NCBI GenBank assembly: GCA_964623775.1
Contig: CAZUVH010000001.1
Location: 40,790 to 104,789 of the forward strand
Reading direction: 5' to 3'
Origin: an uncultured Candidatus Saccharibacteria bacterium
Lineage (GTDB): Bacteria > Patescibacteriota > Minisyncoccia > Phycocordibacterales > UBA2100
DNA: 64,000 nt
Every line of letters starts with the position of its first letter. Position 1 is the stretch's first letter. Below are positions 57,617 through 64,000 of the stretch, one piece after another. A program made the translations under genes and the position numbers. Under the pieces are notes generated by a model, which searched no databases, was not told the DNA's origin, and worked only from the letters and a program-made list of their open reading frames with translations.

Positions 57617-58285
57617 ATGCCTCCACAGACATCTCTTCGCTCCAATACGAAATCGACGCAGGAATTCGTTCCGATCTCTGAAGTACGCGACGGTATCGTG
57701 GTTATGAAAGACGGAAGCCTGCGTGGCATCCTCCTCGCCTCATCGATCAACTTTGCCCTCAAATCGGAAGATGAACAGACGGCGTTTATAGTTCAATTTC
57801 AAAACTTTCTCAACTCACTCGATTTTTCGGTGCAAATTTTCGTACAGTCGCGCATGCTCGATATTCGTCCATACATCACCACGCTCGAAGCGCAGTTCAA
57901 ACAGCAGCTCGACGACCTTATGCGCGTACAGATTCGTGAATACATTCAATTCATCAAGAGCTTTACCGAGGCTGCAAACATCATGACGAAAAATTTCTTC
58001 GTCGTTGTACCGTACTCACCGAGTATCGCCGTGACGGCGGCGAGCGCGAGCTCATTCTTGCCGTTTGGAAAAAAGAGCACAAAGGCGGAGGACAACAAGA
58101 CATTCGAGGAACAAGCCTCTCAGCTCGAGCAACGCATCTCGATCGTACAGCAGGGTCTTGTGCGTACAGGCGTACGCACTGTGCAGCTTGGTACCGAGGA
58201 GACTATCGAGCTTCTCTACAAGATGTTCAATCCGGGCGAAGAGGGAAAGCCGATTCCGGTCTCGGAGCTCGCAAATCAAAGATAG
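57617..58285 (+). CDS. TraC/VirB4 N-terminal-like protein
   Basis: STQEFVPI, SINFALKSEDEQ, FLNSLDF. Confidence 0.7.
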   Translation: MPPQTSLRSNTKSTQEFVPISEVRDGIVVMKDGSLRGILLASSINFALKSEDEQTAFIVQFQNFLNSLDFSVQIFVQSRMLDIRPYITTLEAQFKQQLDDLMRVQIREYIQFIKSFTEAANIMTKNFFVVVPYSPSIAVTAASASSFLPFGKKSTKAEDNKTFEEQASQLEQRISIVQQGLVRTGVRTVQLGTEETIELLYKMFNPGEEGKPIPVSELANQR

Positions 58286-58286
58286 T

Positions 58287-60206
58287 ATGGCACTCCTCGA
58301 CTTATTCAGAAAAAAACCCGCCGCAGACGACGCCGCACGCGTACTGCCGGTTTTGCCCGAAGAAATCTACAATACCGGCGTTCTCGATCTGCAGGACGTG
58401 ATCGCCCCACACGCGCTCAAGGTCAACTCCCGCGAACTCGATCTCGGCGAAAAGATCGCCCGTACATTCTTCGTCATTTCGTATCCACGCTTTCTGACGA
58501 CGGGCTGGTTTGCGCCGATCATCAACATGGACAAAGTGATCGATATTTCGATTTTTGTACACCCGATGGATACGAATGAGATGCTCCGTAAGTTCCAGAA
58601 AAAAGTCGCCGAAGTACAGAGCCAGATCGCGACCCGCGAAGAAAAGGGGATGGTGCGCGATCCAATGCTGGACACTGCATATACCGACCTCGAGCAACTG
58701 CGTAATTCGCTACAACAGGCGCAGGAGCGCATCTTCGAAGTGGGTCTCTACCTTACGATCTACGGCAATTCGCGTGAAGAGATCGATAAGATCGAGAGCG
58801 AGGTCCGTTCGATCCTTGAATCCCGCCTCGTGTACATCCGCCCGGCACTCTTCCAGCAGGAGCAGGGCTTCAGGAGCGTTTTGCCGCTTTCGACCGACGA
58901 GCTTGCGGTCCACACCAAACTCAATTCCGCGCCGCTTTCTTCAATCTTTCCATTCATCTCTTTCGACCTCACGTCCGACCGCGGCATTCTCTACGGCATC
59001 AACAGACACAACTCATCGCTCATTCTTTTCGATCGATTCTCGCTCGAAAACTACAACTCAGTGACGTTTGCAAAATCGGGTGCCGGCAAGTCGTACACGA
59101 CAAAACTCGAAATTCTACGCTCACTCATGTTCGATACAGAGGTGATCGTGATCGATCCTGAGCGTGAATACGAGTATTTGGCGGAGACCGTGGGCGGCCG
59201 CTACTTCAATATTTCGCTCTCTTCCGAACACCACATCAATCCGTTTGATCTTCCGATTCCGCGTGAGGATGAAAATCCGGGCGACATCTTGCGCAACAAC
59301 ATCATCACGCTCGTCGGGCTCTTCCGCATCATGCTCGGAGGACTTACGCCCGAAGAAGATGCTGTTATCGACAAGGCAATCACCGAGACCTACGCGCTCA
59401 AAGACATCACGGCCGATGCCAATTTTGCCGCTGTCGAGCCGCCGCTGCTCTCAGACTTCGAGCTCGTGCTCTCCGGCATGGAGGGAAGTGACTCACTCGT
59501 CGCGCGCCTTTCGAAATACACGAAGGGCACCTGGTCGGGATTCATGAATCGCCCGACAAACGTGGACATGAATAAAAAGTTGATCGTGTTTTCCGTCCGC
59601 GACATGGAGGACGACTTGAAGCCCGTGGCGATGTATATAATCACGCACCACATCTGGAATGCGGTGCGAAAAGAGCTCCGCAAGCGCCTCCTCGTGATCG
59701 ACGAGGCCTGGTGGATGATGAAATCTCAGGATACGGCGAGCTTCCTCTTCGGTATTGCAAAACGCGGACGCAAATACTATCTTGGCCTCTCTACAATCAC
59801 ACAAGACGTCAACGACTTCCTTACATCACCGTACGGGACAGCGATGATCACAAACTCTTCGATCCAGCTACTCTTGCGTCAATCGCCCACCTCCGTCGAT
59901 CTCGTACAAAGCACCTTTAAACTCTCCGACGAGGAAAAGTACCTGTTGCTCGAATCCGACGTAGGGGAAGGCATCTTCTTCGCAGGCCTCAAGCACGTCG
60001 CGATCAAGGTGATTGCCTCTTACACAGAAGATCAGATTATCACCTCCGATCCTTCACAAATTCTCGCGATCAAGAAGGCGAAGCGAGAGCTTGCCGCATC
60101 AACAGAAATTCCTGAAGAAGCGCTCCCTGGTGCGCAGCATGCTGCTCCGGGTGCTGATACTGCACCTGTCTCCAAGATGACTTCGCAGAGTATTTCGACT
60201 CAATAA
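58287..60206 (+). CDS. virB4: VirB4-like ATPase
   Basis: AKSGAGKS, IDPEREY, INPFD, IDEAW, RGRKY, ITQD. Confidence 0.88.
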   Translation: MALLDLFRKKPAADDAARVLPVLPEEIYNTGVLDLQDVIAPHALKVNSRELDLGEKIARTFFVISYPRFLTTGWFAPIINMDKVIDISIFVHPMDTNEMLRKFQKKVAEVQSQIATREEKGMVRDPMLDTAYTDLEQLRNSLQQAQERIFEVGLYLTIYGNSREEIDKIESEVRSILESRLVYIRPALFQQEQGFRSVLPLSTDELAVHTKLNSAPLSSIFPFISFDLTSDRGILYGINRHNSSLILFDRFSLENYNSVTFAKSGAGKSYTTKLEILRSLMFDTEVIVIDPEREYEYLAETVGGRYFNISLSSEHHINPFDLPIPREDENPGDILRNNIITLVGLFRIMLGGLTPEEDAVIDKAITETYALKDITADANFAAVEPPLLSDFELVLSGMEGSDSLVARLSKYTKGTWSGFMNRPTNVDMNKKLIVFSVRDMEDDLKPVAMYIITHHIWNAVRKELRKRLLVIDEAWWMMKSQDTASFLFGIAKRGRKYYLGLSTITQDVNDFLTSPYGTAMITNSSIQLLLRQSPTSVDLVQSTFKLSDEEKYLLLESDVGEGIFFAGLKHVAIKVIASYTEDQIITSDPSQILAIKKAKRELAASTEIPEEALPGAQHAAPGADTAPVSKMTSQSISTQ

Positions 60207-60553
60207 TGAACTATTCCCGTATCAGCAAGACGACGGGGATCGCCCTCATCGTGGCCGCCACACTCGTTGACCTCGCGCAATTCTTCGCGACATTTCTCGC
60301 GCTTATCCCTTTTATCGGCTTTGTTATTGTCTTCGCTGCAAACACCCTGATCAGTGTGTGTGCGCTCATTTTTTTCGGAATATGCTTTTCGCACGTGGGC
60401 GTGAGCCTACTTGATTCGAGACGCGCCCTCGGGACCCTTGGCACAATTCTTGGAGAGGCGGTGCCGTTTATAAACAGTATGTTGTGGTGGACATGTCTTG
60501 TTTCGTACATTGTCATCACAGAGTGGAGAAAGCCGGAAGGTGCTGTGGAATGA
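60206..60553 (+). CDS. Small polytopic membrane protein
   Basis: Mostly hydrophobic. Confidence 0.7.
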   Translation: MNYSRISKTTGIALIVAATLVDLAQFFATFLALIPFIGFVIVFAANTLISVCALIFFGICFSHVGVSLLDSRRALGTLGTILGEAVPFINSMLWWTCLVSYIVITEWRKPEGAVE

Positions 60554-60566
60554 GCGGTATAATTAC

Positions 60567-61637
60567 ATGATGCTCGTGGTGCGAAACATCCTAACCACTT
60601 CGCTTTTATCGATTAGCTTTCTTTTGGTTCTCAATCTCCCTGTATACGCGCAACTTGAATTACCGAACATGGCGAGTTCTATATTCATCACCACCATCCC
60701 CGAACATCCTGGGCCGGGAGAGACCGTGCGTGTCTACGCACAAAGTGTTTTCTACGACCTCCTGAAGGCAAACAATGTGTGGGAGGTCAACGGCAAGGTG
60801 GTCGCTCAGGGGATAGGGGTGACGGAGGGCACGTTTGTAGTGGGAGCGCTCGGATCCCGAAATACCGTCGTGTTTGAGGCACAGTCCGATACGAGCACTG
60901 CCAGTGCCCGCCTGACCATCATCCCGACCGAAGTCGACCTCTTGTATGAGGCAAGTTCCTACGTGCCACCTTTCTATCGCGGACGCGCGCTTCCTTCAGA
61001 GGGGACCCTTGTGCGGCTCACAGCCTTGCCGCGATTTCAGAGTTCAGGCGGAAATTTTATCCCTGCCAGCTCTCTCTTATATACATGGAAGCGAAACGGC
61101 TCGACGGTGGCTGCTGTTTCAGGAAGAGGAAAAAGTTCTGCCGTATTTCCCTCGCCGGTTCTTTTTGGTACCGACGTGATCGCGGTTGATGTCACAACAG
61201 CAGATGGCACCATGACTGGCAGTGCACTTATTAATATCCCCTCGACGAAACCCTTGCTTTTACTCTACGAGGATCATCCGCTTTTCGGTGTGACCTATCA
61301 TAAAGCGCTCGGGCCTGCGACTTTCGTCCCTGAATCAGAGGCGACCTTCGTCGCGGTACCGTTTTATACCAATGCAGTGAGTTCTAATGACAATTCGTTT
61401 GACTACAACTGGACCGTCAACGGTCAGCGCATTCCTGCCGATACTGTTAGGAAAGGTTCGATTACAATCAGTTCTGCTGGGCAAAAGACGGGGGTCGCAC
61501 ACGTGCAACTCGATCTCACGCAGCCGCAAAATCCGTTCTTTAGCGCTCGAGGTGAGTGGAGTATTTCTTTCTCCGAAATACGCGGAAACAGGGCTCCCGA
61601 CGGTACAATCAATAATCCATTCTTACCTCGCCAATAA
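60567..61637 (+). CDS. Secreted Ig-like beta protein
   Basis: Signal peptide; SYVPPFYRGRALP; repeated W motifs. Confidence 0.7.
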   Translation: MMLVVRNILTTSLLSISFLLVLNLPVYAQLELPNMASSIFITTIPEHPGPGETVRVYAQSVFYDLLKANNVWEVNGKVVAQGIGVTEGTFVVGALGSRNTVVFEAQSDTSTASARLTIIPTEVDLLYEASSYVPPFYRGRALPSEGTLVRLTALPRFQSSGGNFIPASSLLYTWKRNGSTVAAVSGRGKSSAVFPSPVLFGTDVIAVDVTTADGTMTGSALINIPSTKPLLLLYEDHPLFGVTYHKALGPATFVPESEATFVAVPFYTNAVSSNDNSFDYNWTVNGQRIPADTVRKGSITISSAGQKTGVAHVQLDLTQPQNPFFSARGEWSISFSEIRGNRAPDGTINNPFLPRQ

Positions 61638-61638
61638 T

Positions 61639-62934
61639 ATGCAAAAGAGCCTGCTCGTCGTTCGATACCTGATAGTCATAGTTGTCGTATTTGCGCTGGT
61701 GGGGTTATTGGGCTGGTATTTCTTCTTGAAGTCCCGCACAAGCACGACTGTCGCGCTTGATGACGCTCGCGGACTTGATTCAACTGCACCTTCGTTTACC
61801 GGAAGCACCGGCAGTACGTACGAAAACATCGCACAAACCACAGTAGAAGATACCGGGCAAGTGAGTGCGGAGACAGTAAGTGCTCCGCCCCAACTCTGGC
61901 GCGTATCACAAACACCGACCTCCGGTATGGGATTCGTGGAGGATAGTGCATTTCTAAAAGTGTATTTTGTCGAACGCGCAAGCGGCAATGTATTTTCTGC
62001 AGATGTCATAAACGGGAAGGTCGAACGCCTCACAAACACACTCTTACCGAGGACATACTCAGCAGCAATAACTCGTGACGGTGCCGTAGCTCTTCGTGGT
62101 ATCGATGACGGGGGCAAAACAACTCTTTTCGCGGGCACTATCCCTCCGAAGACGGCGCCCGCCACGGCCGAGATATCCTCCTCGTCACCTGTGGCGATGA
62201 AAGGCACGAGCCTTGCAGCAGACGTGAGTGACCTCGCAATAAATCCAAAAACGAACGAGGTCTTTTACGTCCTTCCTGATGCAAAAATCGGCGCAATCGG
62301 CATCCGAAGCTCGTGGGATGGGAAGGTGCAAAAGCGTGTACTTGAATCCGGCATTATCGGCTGGCGACCACTGTGGCTCTCCGATGGCCGCATCGTTCTC
62401 ACACAATACCCGGCGTACGATCTTCCCGGTAACGCATACGTGCTTGAGAGTGGGGGTACTTTGACACCACTTATCCGCAACATCCCGGGTCTTACAATAT
62501 TGCCGCGCGCCTCATCGAAGACGTTTGTGTACGGCACTGCGACGGGCGGGACAATCGCAATGTACGTCCAGAAAGAAAAGAAGGAGCCAGAACTACTCCC
62601 AATCAAAACAATTGCCGATAAATGCGTGTGGGCGCCAAAAAAAGAGTTTATTCTTTACTGCGCAGTGCCCCAGACGCTTGGCTCGGGTAATTTCATTGAT
62701 AATTACCTGCAGGGTAGAATTCACACATCCGATACGTGGTGGGAAGTGAACACTGCGGACGGCACTGCACAGATATTCTTTGTGTCGGATAGTTCTTCCG
62801 GGGCGATTGATGTAATTCAGCCGACAATCGACGAAAACGGCAAATACATTTCATTTATGAACGGGTTTGACCAGTCTTTGTGGGTACTTCGGATGCCGAC
62901 CAATACAGAAAACACCGCAGCATCAGTAATATGA
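61639..62934 (+). CDS. Membrane-anchored beta-propeller-like protein
   Basis: TM; TIADKCVW, YCAVP. Confidence 0.7.
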   Translation: MQKSLLVVRYLIVIVVVFALVGLLGWYFFLKSRTSTTVALDDARGLDSTAPSFTGSTGSTYENIAQTTVEDTGQVSAETVSAPPQLWRVSQTPTSGMGFVEDSAFLKVYFVERASGNVFSADVINGKVERLTNTLLPRTYSAAITRDGAVALRGIDDGGKTTLFAGTIPPKTAPATAEISSSSPVAMKGTSLAADVSDLAINPKTNEVFYVLPDAKIGAIGIRSSWDGKVQKRVLESGIIGWRPLWLSDGRIVLTQYPAYDLPGNAYVLESGGTLTPLIRNIPGLTILPRASSKTFVYGTATGGTIAMYVQKEKKEPELLPIKTIADKCVWAPKKEFILYCAVPQTLGSGNFIDNYLQGRIHTSDTWWEVNTADGTAQIFFVSDSSSGAIDVIQPTIDENGKYISFMNGFDQSLWVLRMPTNTENTAASVI

Positions 62935-63443
62935 AAGACAAAATAAAAAAATGGTTTAGGAACATGAGGACCACAAGTTCTGGTCTTCTCTTCCAGGCGA
63001 CGACGCAATTCGTCCCGCTCGCGCCGATAGACGCGCAGCAGGGGAGCAAACTTTCGGGTATTTATACCGGTGGCGATCTTTCGACCTATATCAGTAAGAT
63101 GTTTGTTTTTGCACTCTCAATCGGCGCCATAATCGCCGTGGTTCGTCTCATGTGGGCTGGGTATCTCTACATGGGGGAGGGCACCATCGGGAGCATTTCA
63201 AAGGCAAAGGAGGTCTTTCGTGAGGTTATTATCGGATTGCTGTTGCTGCTCGCAATCTACCTGATACTTCAAAAGATAAATCCACAGCTCTTAAACATTA
63301 CAATTCTCAACAGTATAAAAAGTACGCCGTCGACAGGGCAGCAAGTACCTGCCGGGACACAGAAACAAGGTACTCAAACATGCGGGGGATCGTGCTCGTG
63401 GTGCGACACCGGGACAGGACAGTGCATTATTCCGGCCAACTAA
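62931..63443 (+). CDS. VirB2/TrbC-like pilin-family protein
   Basis: Two TMs with AGYLYM...AK...IIGLLLLL...INPQLL; Cys-rich tail. Confidence 0.72.
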   Translation: MKDKIKKWFRNMRTTSSGLLFQATTQFVPLAPIDAQQGSKLSGIYTGGDLSTYISKMFVFALSIGAIIAVVRLMWAGYLYMGEGTIGSISKAKEVFREVIIGLLLLLAIYLILQKINPQLLNITILNSIKSTPSTGQQVPAGTQKQGTQTCGGSCSWCDTGTGQCIIPAN

Positions 63444-63452
63444 GGCGCAATG

Positions 63453-63935
63453 CTACTCTGCCGAGTATTTAATGACTACACGTCTGTTGCGTCCCTCTCC
63501 CTGGGACTCGGTTTTTACGTTGGGGGCGTTTTGCAGTGCTGTGTGGATTATGAGGCGCTCGTATCCTGACATTGGGGTGAGTTCGACATCATACTGGAAG
63601 GATCGGGCGCGTTCGGCCATCATAAGTGCCTTAGTCTCCAGGTCTTTGATCTGCTTTGTGCGGTAATCATTCACATCCACGAGGAACTTAGGCCCGCCAT
63701 CTGACGCTCCTTCACCGGAGGTTTCGGGAGGGAGGCGTTTTTCTGCAATTTTCTTTACCAGAAAATCGATCGCGTGTACCGTATCGCCGTGAGCGCCTAT
63801 AAGTTGGCGAGAGTTGTCTCCGGCTTCGATTGAAAAAATGACCTGCCCCACCGCTTCTACACGGTTGACCTTCGCCGCGCCGAGGCCAAGCGAAGAGAGA
63901 AGTTCCTTGAGGATGGTTTCGATCGTATCGTGCAT
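63453..63935 (-). CDS. jag: Jag/KhpB RNA-binding protein (KH plus R3H)
   Basis: LIGAHGDT, DVNDYR, PMSGYERLIIH, SQGEGRNRRVVI. Confidence 0.88.
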   Translation of the reverse strand: MHDTIETILKELLSSLGLGAAKVNRVEAVGQVIFSIEAGDNSRQLIGAHGDTVHAIDFLVKKIAEKRLPPETSGEGASDGGPKFLVDVNDYRTKQIKDLETKALMMAERARSFQYDVELTPMSGYERLIIHTALQNAPNVKTESQGEGRNRRVVIKYSAE

Positions 63936-64000
63936 GCAGGGCACTATACGCCTTTTTTAGCGAATGAGCAAAATTGGCGGCTTGTTTTACAGCGCCGGGC

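Overview
This 64 kb window looks like a Patescibacteria (CPR) chromosome, probably Parcubacteria. That is inferred from the compact housekeeping genes (nusA, ppa, tig, clpP, rny, hup, cca, xth, xerC/D, rarA, rpsO, pnp, comM, pcrA, rsmA, jag), type IV pilus genes, a relaxase-free PrgI/VirB4/VirB6-like locus, three TrmB-like regulators and many apparently leaderless genes. Four tRNAs are present, and parS-like and DnaA-box-like motifs suggest the origin is nearby. The main finding is a minus-strand unit at about 11.9-14.7 kb. A near-consensus promoter and a boxA-like motif lead into a ~600 nt densely structured RNA with GNRA tetraloops. Downstream is a series of small ORFs separated by five copies of a covarying 37-39 nt hairpin repeat, each preceded by a sequence-variable terminator-like hairpin. 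The cargo includes an ArfA-like ORF that reads through one module, a Csx20-like protein and a second structured RNA containing a cloverleaf. Other oddities are a four-helix-bundle gene with an in-frame TAG flanked by heptamer arrays, 30 bp palindromes inserted in frame in rarA and pnp, a MITE-like element in -10 boxes, and a recoded duplicate of the rny 3' end. All calls come from reading the sequence by eye; no searches or folding programs were run.
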